Shown in pieces: positions 1 through 11,600 of a stretch of 64,000 bases of DNA (the first letter of the stretch is position 1; every line of letters starts with the position of its first letter). The position numbers and the translations under genes are program-made. The notes under the pieces are model-generated. The model ran no database searches. It had not been told where the DNA came from and saw nothing but the letters and a program-made list of their open reading frames with translations. This DNA comes from Amoebophrya sp. A120 (taxonomy: Eukaryota; Protista; Dinoflagellata), in assembly GCA_905178155.1 (NCBI GenBank), contig CAJINV010000008.1:3555292-3619291 (forward strand). Reading direction: 5' to 3'.

Positions 1-2
1 AG

Positions 3-673
3 CGGAAGCAGAAGAAACTGGAGAAACTGGACGACGCGACCCGGAAAGAGCTGGAGCAGCGGGAAAAGATGGACGTGGCGCTGAAGCGCGCCATGGGGGA
101 AAAGGTGAAAACGGTGGACAATGTATCCTGATTAAAAACGTTGCCACACCAGAGGCAGGAGGGGAAATCTGCTAGACAAATCAACAAGCTTTGGTTGTTT
201 GGCATGGTAGGTTTGTCCTTGTAGTGTAATCCTGTTTAGCTAGTTCAGAAGCATCACAGATCGAGCATAGCGCTCTGATTCTAGCGTCACAAATTCCAAA
301 ACTCGAATAGAAATCGTTGCTCATAGGGCTCCGCATGAGAAACTTTACTTGCATGCAGAATTACATGACAGCTCTGGGGTGGGGATGTTTTTACACGGGA
401 TACAATGCCGCGAAGCTGAAGAAAACCAAAAAGCATCTCGTCCAGGAGAAGCGGAACAAAGCCTTCGAAAACAAACAGAAACAAGTAATGAAGGAGCAGA
501 AGGGGGAAAATAAAAGCGGTGGAAAGATGAACAGTGGCAATAAAGGGACCAACCAGAAGGGCGCAGGAAAGAAGGGAAAGGGAGGAAAAAACACCGTCGG
601 TCCGAAGCGACGCGGCGGCTTCGAGGGCAGCGTGGGGAAAAACACGGTATTGAACAAGGACAGGGATGTGTGA
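3..673 (+). CDS. SURF6: SURF6/Rrp14-family nucleolar ribosome biogenesis protein, 5'-truncated; exons <1-123 and 408-673
   Basis: Removing introner 124-402 plus one CAATG joins ...DVALKRAMGEKVKTVDN to AAKLKKTKK...; Lys-rich C-terminus ends in RRGGFEG, matching the SURF6 ALxRAxGxKVxD and RxGFEG motifs. Confidence 0.75.
124..402. mobile_element. Introner, family B (TIR TATCC...AAAAACGT..CACACCAGAG)
   Basis: TAT..ATA ends, ~30-bp TIR, exact 5-bp TSD CAATG. Confidence 0.9.
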
Positions 674-1797
674 TGACAAACCGTTCTTGTTAAAAATACC
701 CTTGTCGCTTTAATGTTCTGAAACCGCAGACCGGTGCCGCACGGCAAGCCGTTCCCGCTACTCCTGCAAATAAAGAGCTATTTTGTAGTTACCAGGAAAG
801 GAAAATCATAACTAGGTGATTCTGAAATTATTGCAGGAGCAGTTGTGCTGGCCACTTGTCGACGCGCACAGTCACCTCTCTGAAATTATAAAGATTTGTC
901 ACGTTTACTAATTTGCGCCGCACGAATTACGTGAAAATCTTGACCACGAAGTTGAACCCGAGATAAAACTCGGAGTCTAAAGTAGATTTTATGATCCGTG
1001 TTCTGAATTATGCGAGGAACTACCACGTTCCTGTCGTCGGTGCCGAGGTCTACGAAAGCAACAAGTAAGAATGTACTGAAAAAGCAAAAGAGCATAGAAC
1101 CACACGACGTGCAGAAGAATATAGAAGTCTGACTGTGGTCACAGTCGGTCCAAGCACCGTCCGCACCGTCGGTAGTAAAGTAAGTACTGCACCACCATCG
1201 TCCTCCCTCCTATGAGTCGTCTCTTAGCTATTTGATGCGACTGAATTTCTCGCAGGAACGAAGGTCAAATTCAACCGTTCGTGTCGTGCAGCACATATTG
1301 TCGGTTCGTTCCACGCGATGACTTCTGTCTGTAAACGAGGTGCACCAGCACCTTTTCGTGCAACAAATACAGTACGACGACGTTCGGTTCGTGAAGCTCG
1401 ATTTATCGCTTATGGACTTGTCTTTGTAGATAGAAGAAGAATTGCCGTACCTAGATCTGCTAGCAGCCTTCGAAATCGTCGTTTCTGCCTTTCACTATTC
1501 TCAGGACCCCCTGCACGATCCTTCCAAACTAGGTTTCTCTGTCTCCTTAATATCTGTAGTCCACCAGTACACTAGCACAAAATATCTGTAATGTATATTA
1601 CTTAATTTGGTTTGTCATTCAACCAAGCTAAGCTAGCTTGCTTGTCAGCCCTTCTCTAGAACATCACCTCTACAACAAGTTACCCACAACTTTTCCTAAT
1701 ATCTTTCCATTCACGACGATGTCACCAAAGAACCTACTTTCTTTCCCAGATTATTTAGTAATTTACTACGGTGTCGTCCCTGTCCTCACATGCGGAC

Positions 1798-1939
1798 GCG
1801 AAATCGTCTCCTCCTCGTCTAGAAAGTGGATCGTCTGCAGAGCCTTTTTCTGAACAGAAATCCAGCCTGCGAAATCGCCTCCTCCTCGTCTAGAAAGTGG
1901 ATCGTCTGCAGAGACTTTTTCTGAACAGAAATCCAGCCT
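1798..1939. repeat. 71-bp tandem duplication upstream of the rhomboid gene
   Basis: GCGAAATCG.CTCCTCCTCGTCTAGAAAGTGGATCG...ATCCAGCCT at 1798-1868 and 1869-1939, near-identical. Confidence 0.9.
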
Positions 1940-2232
1940 CCAGGTGTAGTTACGCTTCCTGTAGGCACCAGACAAGCCCGTTCACCGACTCCGTTCGTGA
2001 GAAAGCGCAACAAGAAAGAGAAACTGTGAACTGAAAACGAAGCAAGTGAAATTATCTTCGAGGTGGTTTATGCGTTGACCTGTAGCGAACACCCTACTTC
2101 GCGGAGCACCACAGCAAAGCAGATTTCTCGAAAGGGAGGAGCGAGACAGGACAACGCCTTCCGCGACCTCAACAGAACTTACCGCGTTCCTGTTCTTACC
2201 TCTCCTCAGGCAAAAGTAAAGTCATCAGGAGC

Positions 2233-5200
2233 ATGGGGAAATCAACTCCGGCAAGTCCGGACGACGTTGTGATCGATGTCGCGGCGGCAGGATCTTCCTC
2301 CACCACCGGAGCGGATCCAGGCGCCGGAAAAGCTTCGTATCCACTGCAAAATAGAAGATGTCTGGGTCTGAAAGACGAAGAATGTAGAAATTGCTGATGC
2401 AGAAAGTGGAGGCCTTGGCGTGGCCCCGCGAGGTCAAGAATGCATGGCCTAGCGTTACAGATTTTTTTGCCAGAGCCTTGCCAAGCCCAAGCCTATGCCG
2501 CATGATGAGAAGTGCTTTCTTGTTAGAGCGCGAGAAACCGCACCGTTTTCGCTGCTCATGCAATACAAATAAAATGTTTCGATTTCGTGTATGTGTGAGT
2601 TACAGGAAGCATCAGAAATTTTCATTCTTTTTCTCAGAGCCTGACATGATATGTGCAAAAGTGCATACTTTTTCCTCGTCCTCCGCGACCATTGCCGGCG
2701 GCGCGAAGGATGCGGTGATGAAGTTTGGGTCCTTCGGCAAGTCCGTGACGAAGTCTGCGCTCCCGCCGGTGGATGCCGCGGGTGGGGCCAAGGACGCGGT
2801 GTCGAAACTGGGGTCGCTGGGGAAATCGATGACCAAGTCCGCCTATCAAATGCAAAAATGTCTGGGTCTGGAAGGTTGGAACTTGTCATGCTAAATCTGA
2901 ATCAGTATCAGGCAAAAAACTGTGTTGTATGATTGTCAAAAGTTGTGCACTTTTGACCTAATCGAGAGGCAGTTTCATTCTCATGCAGGATAGGCATGAG
3001 AAAGGTCTCGCAGAATCTGTCATGCTATGTCCTACATACTACACCTCATGGGTCGTGGAAAACCTGCATGCCAAATCTCACAATCTTCCAGACCCAGACA
3101 CTTTTGCATTTGATACCGCACTGCCGCCGATCAAGCTGGGCAAGGCGAAGTCCAACATGGAGGGAGAGGGGGAAGCCACGGGTGACGGCAACAAGCCGCA
3201 GCAGTCCCTGAAGGCGAAGGCGGCGGCTAAGAAGAAGATGACGGCCGCGTATCGTATTTAAAAACGTCCCCATCCCAGAGTTGTAATGCAAATCTGCATG
3301 CTGAGAATGTTTCTCATGCGGAGCCCCATGAGAAGTATCTTCTAGTCGTGTTTTGGGATTTGTCATGCTCCAATCAGCATGATATACTAGATCTTTAATG
3401 CTGCTGAAGTACCTCAAACAGCACTACACTACGAGTCCAAATTTGTCATGCAAGACACCCAAAACTTGTGAATTTGTCTAGCCGATTCCGCATCTTGCCT
3501 ATGGGGTGGGGACGTTTTTAGATAGGATACCGCGCAGCTCCGGTTCGAGGCGAAGAAGAAGGCCAAGGAGAAGGCCGCGGCGAAGGAGGAAAAGAAGGCC
3601 CAGAAGCGGCGGGAAAAGGAGGCGGCGGCCAGCAGCGCGTCCAAATCGACGCCGAAGTCCGCACCCACCGGATCCACGCCGCAGGAGAGCGGGTTAGAGC
3701 TGGCTATCCAGCAGGAAAGCGAAGTACACCCGTGACACCAGAAAAGGCGGCATAATTCCTCGTGTAGCCAAACACGTCAAGGTCAACTTTGGGACCATGC
3801 GGACGAGGAGGCCGCAACATTTACAAACAATCTGCTGGTGTCATGTAGAACGCAGAATGCACTACCTACGTATATACATAGGAAAATGAAATCACAGTAG
3901 AGGTACTAGGAATATTTATGCTGCTCCTGTGCATGCAAACAGGACTGCTGGATGAAAAACACTGGCTGTGTAGTGTGACGCTTCGAAATAGACAAGCTGC
4001 CAAATGAAAAATAGTTTGCAATTTTTAATGGCACGTTGTCGGGTGTACTACTTTGCTGTATGATATTCGCCGTTATCCGCGAGGATGAGGAGCTCGCCAG
4101 TTCGTCCTCATCAAGCAGCTCAATGGACAGCGCGCGGTCCGACTCGAAGGACGCGGAACAAGACAGCACGACGCCCGGCGGCTCGAAGAAAAAGAAAAAG
4201 AAGGAAAATAAGACCGGAGAGGACAACGACGACAACGCCTCGGGTTCGGGGTCGAGCTACTCCACCGAGGGCAGCAAGTATCCAACGAAAAAAGTGTTAC
4301 AGTTACACATTTGTAGTCAATTCAGCAACACAAATTTCTCTGCATGAGAGAGAAAAGTTGTAATGCAGAAATCCTACGGGAAAACACCTATGAAACGAGG
4401 CGCCTATGCATATCCGGCATGACAGAGCTTGTCTGTCTTGCTTGGCCTGCAACACAATGTGTAACTGTAACACTTTTTTCTTGCGATAGCAAGGCCGCGT
4501 CCGACGGGCTGTCCGAGGTGGAGACGGAGTCCGATGACGAGGGCGAGGACGCTATCCTAAGTAAAAACGTACCCACACCAGAGTTGTCATGCAGATTTGC
4601 AACGACAGGAACATTTGTAATGCGCATCTGCATGAGAGGCATTTCCAGTCGTGTTTTGACATTTGTAATGCTGTAAACACGACGAGGAGATGGGTTTGTC
4701 ATGCGACTGCACTTGCTAACCTGCACTACACTGCGGAGTGCAACTTGTCATGCGTGACTCACAAAACTCCTAGGTTTGTGTTGCAAAATCCCCATCCTGA
4801 CTCTGGTGTGGGTACGTTTTTACTCAGGATAGACGCCTTCGCAGAGCTGGACGCGCACTACCGCCCATACTTCTCAGTTCTGTTCCCCATATCGCAAATC
4901 ATTATCTTCCACGTCACCAACGACATAGACGGCATCGACAGCGGGCCCAACGCGTTCTACACCTGCGCCGCGGATCCGGCCTACTGCACCAACTGGATCA
5001 AAAACCTAGGACAGGAGTGGTGGATCGATTCCAGCTGCGACATAGACAAGGCCCGCAACGTATGCTAGCGTCAACAGTTAGAAATCGTCTCCATCGTGGA
5101 GGAGAAGACGACCTTGGTGTCATGCGAAGGGAACAATATTAAAATGGATCTCAGTTCTTGGACCACAAACAATTTCTAGTATTCAAGGGGCGCATGACAA

Positions 5201-6957
5201 ATCTTTGGAACAACACCTAAACCGCCAATTTGTATACGCTTTGGTATAACTAAGAGCGAGATGAAATAGAAATACGGCTTTTGCCGTAGTGGTCCTTCGC
5301 AGGTGTAGCGGTAAGTAGCTTTAAGCTAATACTAAAGCCGCTTGCCTTCTCTGCACCACAAGCACAAACTTTGTGCGTCGCGTTTTATTATGCGCCACGC
5401 TCCAGCGGCCTGGCTATTTATGGAAGGGTTCCACCCTGACGGAAGATCGTGCCGTAGGAGCTGCGGTCGGTTACGGTTTACTTATTTCGACTTCCACTTC
5501 TGTGATTTCCACAACTTCCTTGACGCTTCCATACAATGCCTACGTGCACGGGGGGTGCCCGGCCTGGACCGACCAGCGCAGTCAAGTGTGGCGAGCGGTC
5601 ACCTACAGCCTGTGCCACGTAGATTTCGATCACGTGTGGTTTAACGCTTTCTTCTATCCAAAGTGAAAGGCGCAGCTCCCCTCGCTTCTAGCCCCCCCCC
5701 AACAAAAAAGACCTGTTTTCATCATATGCAAATTGTGGTTGTGCAGCCATGGGCATGGTAAATAGCAAATGAGAAAAACTCCGCTGTGTTGGTTACGGGG
5801 CCGCACGGAGCAGGCAAGATTTGTCTTGAAAGGAATGCACGCGGATTCTTATTTTAGGTTCAAAGAGTTTTTTTGTGTACAAACAAAGAGTCTACTAAAT
5901 GTTATACAATTTTTCAAAACAACGAACGAGCTTTGCGAACAGAAATATTTGACGCTTGTACTATTTGGGCACGACTGGGGCGCTGTTCCTTTTCTCACTG
6001 ATACTTTCGAGCTTCTGTTGGGTCCCAGCTTGGAGATGGTTCACGGGCACGTGCGGTTTATTCCCCTGGTGTTTCTCGCGATTATCGGTGGCGCCCTTGC
6101 CTGCGCCGCCACGGATCCAATAGGCAGAGTCGTCGGCTCGTCTGGCTACGTCTGGGGCTTGGTGCCCATGCACGTACTTATTTTTTGATATATCATTTCT
6201 GATTTGGCGCCACCTTCTTACTTTTCGGAGGTTTTTTGCTTAGCGCTGCGGGAGGACCTTCCCTTGTTGCAAAAGAACCACGACTACATGAAAGGATTGA
6301 TAAGCAATATCATGCATAATTCGCATTAATTTCGAATCGCGACGACACCTCCTGCGCTTTATTTTCCTCATTTCTCTGCCGTATGTGTATGTCCGCGATT
6401 TCAAAACCTGTACTGCTTTCTGACCCGTGCAAATGAGATAAGTGCCCCTATATTTCAACATCCAGGTATCCGGCGTGCTTCTGAATTGGGACGAGCTCGG
6501 ACACGAAAAGATTTACGGGGTGCAGGAAAACTACTTCCGGCTACTGCTGATCTGCATCATCTCCGCAACGATGGCTTGGTCTATGGTGGACGACATAGAG
6601 GCCGGGACCGGGGTGTCCCACGCCGCGCACGTCGGCGGGGCGCTCTTCGGGTTCTTCTTCTCGCTGAACGGTGTGAAGAACGTGGTGGTGGAGGACTGGG
6701 AGCTGATCATGCAGTGGATCTCGCTCGTCATCGCCCTCATCTACACGGTGATTTGCGTCGTACAGATCGGCATCCACGATACCCCAAACTCCCTCACCGG
6801 GATGCCCGTCTGCAATATCCAGGGAAACTGCACATGGTCTGATCGTAGTATCGTGTCTAAGTACTATCTACTGGATCTTACGCATTGAAGATTCATCGCA
6901 ATATCGTCCTACTTCTCGCGAGACTGCAGCTCCTTTGCGAACGAAGTGCAGTCATAG
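2233..6957 (+). CDS. Rhomboid-family intramembrane serine protease with long low-complexity N-terminus (~583 aa); exons 2233-2337, 2673-2843, 3121-3249, 3535-3723, 4084-4278, 4494-4552, 4837-5060, 5539-5654, 6009-6173, 6466-6836, 6930-6957
   Basis: Spliced product has QVWR..YSLCH...HVWFN, LEMVHG, catalytic VGSSG and SHAAHVGG; 7 introners and 3 GT-AG introns all join in frame. Last exon uncertain (alternative stop at 6888). Confidence 0.8.
2338..2667. mobile_element. Introner, degenerate family A
   Basis: TATCCACTGCAAAA...TGTCTGGGTCTG to ...GTGCATA; TSD CTTCG/CTTTT; removal is in frame. Confidence 0.7.
2844..3115. mobile_element. Introner, family A (TIR TATCAAATGCAAAA.TGTCTGGGTCTGGAA)
   Basis: 30-bp TIR, TSD CCGCC/CCGCA. 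Confidence 0.9.
3250..3529. mobile_element. Introner, family B, opposite orientation to 124-402 and 26234-26513
   Basis: TIR, exact TSD CCGCG; interior is the reverse complement of the 26234 copy. Confidence 0.9.
4279..4488. mobile_element. Introner, family E (TIR TATC...AAAAAAGTGTTACAGTTACACATT)
   Basis: TIR, exact TSD GCAAG. Confidence 0.9.
4553..4831. mobile_element. Introner, family B
   Basis: TIR, exact TSD GACGC; close inverted copy of 55320-55598. Confidence 0.92.
5061..5533. mobile_element. Introner, long and degenerate (G-like)
   Basis: TATGCTAGCGTCAA / TTGACGCTTCCATA; TSD CAACG/CAATG; in-frame join. Confidence 0.7.
5655..6003. mobile_element. Introner, degenerate
   Basis: TATCCAAAGTGAAAGGCGCAGC / GCGCTGTTCCTTTTCTCACTGATA; TSD TCTTC/CTTTC; restores rhomboid WFNAFF-ELLLG. 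Confidence 0.7.
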
Positions 6958-8678
6958 CCTTCAGCTTTATGAACGAACGATGGACAAATTAATACGTATC
7001 TCTGATCATGTGCGTAAGTACTACTACGCAATGAGAATGAATTCTAAGTTTCGACTCAACAGAGTCAGTAAAAAGCGGATTATGATTGCCCGAAGCTGAA
7101 ATAGGATGCATGAGCATGCATGCTAGACGAGAAGAAGAAGAATCTTCTAGCCAGGAAGCGTTGTCATGCGATCGTGGATAGTACGCAGATACGATAGACC
7201 AATTTTTGCACAGGATATGCAAGTGTTGCGTGGAAGGCGCGGTGTGTCCACCCCCTCTGCTGGATGTCGTCAACGCGACCCTGAACGTAACAAGGTAGGA
7301 GCGGACGAGGCGTCTAGAAGTTGTGAAACAACTGCATTGGCGAATACTATGGCTTTTATCCATTTTTTCCATGGCACGAGTACCAGCTGCAAATTCAGGT
7401 TGCCAACCTTGGCAGGTATTTCTGCTGAGTATGTTGTCCTGATCAGGAGTTGCAGCAGCCAGGATCACGGAAGAACACTCTAGCCATGATGGCGATGAGA
7501 CGAGCAACAGCAAGCCAATGTCGTGAATCTGCACAGAGGACTACACCACACTTGAAGTTGTAGTGTTTTTTCGTGCAACTACATGAGGTGTCAAAGAAAT
7601 CGTAGTGCTTAGTGTGGTACCCAAGCTCAATCGAATCCCAGCACTGTTAGCACTATTTCTATTCTGCCCACGTCCAGAACCAGATGAACATTAGGGGTTG
7701 CTGTACCTTTGCTGCTCTACTCGTGTTCCAGTAATATTTATAATACGTACTTTCCATTTGTTGATTCAATGAGTGGAACATATCTATCGATTGAGTATAT
7801 TGAATTGCCGACCCTCCCGCTAGTACGTTGCTGTGGATGTACTGCCGAACCGTTTGTTTGCTGTTGGGTCCCTCTCGTGCGGACGGCAAAAACGCAACCC
7901 TTTACTGGGAAGTTCTATGTACGAAAACGAATGTGTCTTTCGATGATCTTGGCCTTGCTATTAATTAGCAAATACCGCCGCCCACACGGCGGTTCCAGCG
8001 TCGCTAAGAAGCTGAGCGACTGCCTGCCAAAAAGTTCGGACAGGAGTTGTCAAGTCTCTTTGATCATAGCAAGAAAGATCCCCGTTCGACACGGACTGTC
8101 CTTGCTTCGATCAAAACACCACCCTTTGAAAGGCGCAAACAGATACAAGTACATTTCCGAAAGACAGAAGTCGAGTCTAAGTTTTCGGAGCTGTCCTTCT
8201 GTTTTTTTCCTTTTCTCTACAACTTAGCGCCCGCAATGTCGAAGGTGATTGGGAATGAGGTTGGAATTGACGCGCTGCTGTCCTCGCGTTTAGGGTGACT
8301 GTACGTCAATTTTCGATGAACAATTTTTCAAGCAGCTGCTTTAGCGATTCCAACTTTCATTGACTTCTACTTGAATTTATACATTTGATTTCTGATTGTA
8401 AAGATAAAAATAAGTACTATTACCGGTTCCTCCTCCTCCTTTGTTTTAATAGAAAAGATCGGCTCATCTGTTGTAGTTCACCCGGTTTTTTTTGAAACAG
8501 AAGCTTTTTGAAAACAAGAACGCCGCCCCAATTTACTTAGAAAGAGCGTATCACATCGCACCCGTTCGTGTCGTTCGAACGAAGAGAACAGGACCGACCG
8601 AAGAATTCGTTTTAATCTGATCGACAACATTTCCATCAAGAATTTGGCGTTAGGGAAGATCGAGGAATTTTTTCCACC

Positions 8679-11600
8679 ATGGCGCAGCTACATCGCAAGA
8701 AGACCCTTATGAGTAGCAAGAAGAATTCGTGCTACACCGGGACGACTGGAGGGGGCCAGCCGGCTGCGGCTTTGTTGACGAGAGTGGTCGCTCTTGTGCC
8801 GATCTTGTCGTCTGGTTTGGGGTGCAGCTGGTGGTCCACGACCTCCACCGGGGGTCCGCAGGTGGCAAGCGGCGGCCTCATTGGTGTTGACGCCGTTCAT
8901 CTTTCCCGCCGCGGTCCTGCGTCGAGGGCCGAGCAACAAGGCGCCGCGGGGGCCAAGAAAGGCACATCAAGCACGGTCAGCGTTTTCCAACGCAACCACT
9001 TGTTGCACGAGAAAGAGAACGAAGTCGACTACGACCTGTCCTACCAGGACTGGCAGGAGGTACTCACGCACGACAACAAGGACGAGATCTTTTCCTTCCT
9101 GGACCGCTACTACAAGCACGCGAACAAGGAATTCAAGGTAGAAATCGGCTCGAGTACCGTCGATGGCGTGCCCGAAGACTCCTCGGAACTGATCCAGATT
9201 CTCAAGTTTCTCCACGAGGACAAGGAAGTCGTGAGCACTTTCGGCACGCGGTCCCACCCGACCATTATGGCGCAGCAGCAGGCGGACGTCGAGGCCAATA
9301 AAAAACATCAGAGAACATCAAGTGATGGGACCACGAACTCGTCCACGTGGCCCCCGTACAACCGCAAGTACAAGGGCGAAATTTTGGCGAAGCTGACCGG
9401 GGGCGACTGGAGCCGAGCCGAGCTGACCGATACCATCTTCAAAGCCTTTCTGGCGAGAGGCGCAGATGTGACGGCGTGGAAGATTCTGAAGGACTTGCTC
9501 ACCATGAAGGGCGGCTGGACCATCAATTACGACGGCTCCTACGCAATTTTCCTGGCCGGGCGTGAGGAGTCCCTGCTCGCTTCTAGTAGTGGCGGTAGTT
9601 TTGTTCTTGTGGCTGCTGCTGGTGCTGCTCGTCCCGGCACCAGCTGCACAACTTCTGTTGAGATCGCGGGTCGTGTTGATCAACATCTACTGCTTCCGGC
9701 GGCACAATCCTTCCTGGCGCCCGGGGGGGAGACGTTGCAGGCCGTGAGCCTGCTGGCCCCGTTGCGGGAGGCCAAGCAAGACGCCGCGGTGGCACTGCTG
9801 AAGCGGTTTCTGAAGGTAAGAGAGGGAATCAGACTAATAGAATGGAATCAGACTAATAGAATCAGACTAAATGTAGAATCAAACTAATGGAATCAGACTA
9901 GAGGTAGAATCAGAATAGTAGAATCAGGATAGAAGATAGAATCAAGATACTAGCATCAGAATTATGCATGGAGTCTGTGCCCATAGTCGAAGGTGCTCGC
10001 CGCGCATTTCTTTCTCTCTCGTCTGCATTGCACCCGTTGTCCCCCTGCGCTTTGGCCAGTCGTTTTCTCATAATTTCATCGCTCGGCTTTGCATGTTCGC
10101 TGCCGCGCATTTATTTGGGTTGAGATGGCCATGAGACTTCATTTGCATGCTGTGTATGCCTTCGAGTCGAACCACACTTAGACACAAGGGCGCAGGGTTC
10201 TGTTGTAATTCTCATGATTGTATATCTTGGTTGTGCATAAGTTGTGATTGGCGATCCGTTGCGGCCACCGATCCCGGGTCGGCTTCTATCACAAGTGCCG
10301 GGACCTTGTTTGCCGATTTGTTTTCTCGTGACGGCACGGCTGGCAGACCGCACACGGATCGCGGACGACCGACGACATGCCGGCACAGGTACTACAGTCT
10401 TGCTTTACATTAAGTGCGGCTACCATGATGCAGTAGCTGTGCTCTTTTTTTGGACGCAACTACGGATGACTTGAAATGAAGCGCAAGAGAAGTATGCCCT
10501 ATGTCCATGCATGAAACCTCGCACCACCACCACGATGACCACGCACCTACGCGCAGCACCACGGAACTGGAAGGGCGACAGCTTCGCCCTCGCAAAGTAA
10601 GTTGTGCTCTCCGCTTGCGCTTATTTCCGAACGCATTGCGTCTCGCTTTATTCCTTGTTGAAGAGACAGAAAATCGAGCTCGAGATCAAAACCCGATGAC
10701 ACATGACGCAAGCGCGTGTAGATTGGCTCAGAGCCCATGCGCTCGTCTGCGTATGAATAGCCACAGACTGACGATCCTGGTTTTTGATTGATGAAGACGT
10801 CGGCCGTTTGCTGTTTTTTTGATTGATTGGTCAAGATCTCAGCCGCTTTTTTTGTCTTTTGGTAAACGAACGGATAGCGGCAGTGGCTCCCTTCTGTGAT
10901 TCGTTTTGGAAAGCTTACGCAAGCATCTGGATTGTTGAGATTCGTCTATTCACTAGAGGAGAAAAAAGGCTAGAACTAGAAGTAGAGCGCTAAGTCTGGT
11001 AGTACACATGAACTCACCTAAACGAAGACCACTCAGCTGGGCGGCATAGATAGAAGAGCACAAAGACGAGGCCCTGCCAGCGATGCACGACAAAGTTGGC
11101 AGCTAGCTGCCTGATCGCAAAAGGACTGTCGGTCCGTTTTCCTTCGCCTCCGTCCGTCGCTCGGTCAGGAAAGCATGCAGGCACAGGGACCACAGTCGCC
11201 GCCGCCGGCCTCGCGCAAGCTTGCCGAGCGGATAAACAAGATGTCCCAATCAGAACGGCGGCGCAAGCGGGACAAGGTGCAGAAGGAACTCTCGGCGAAG
11301 GAGGGCCTCCTGTCTGCCTTGGCAACACCGGGGGACGCCGGCGACAAAAGCGAGCATTATGGGACTCTCAAGCGTTACGGCTACACACTCAGCAGCTGCG
11401 TGGGTTTCTCATGAAAGACTATTTTCGTGATCCGTCGGGCTAAACTACTTTATCACGCAAAGATACTTTTTGGCTTCGGTCGGGCTACTTAGCATCGCGA
11501 GTTCATCGATGTAGGGGCTGAGTGTGTAGCCAACAGCTGAGAACCCCATACACGCGCTGCCTCGGTTTCGGGTGCGGGGGACGGTGGTGCCAGTAATGTG

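Noticed and set aside
6989-8298. ORFs of 172-181 aa in the intergenic region
   Set aside because: Non-coding-like composition, no motifs, no supporting exon structure
9826-9960. CRISPR array or telomeric repeat
   Set aside because: Units are ~11 bp, degenerate, lack unique spacers, and are mirrored at 23932-24095 as a TIR
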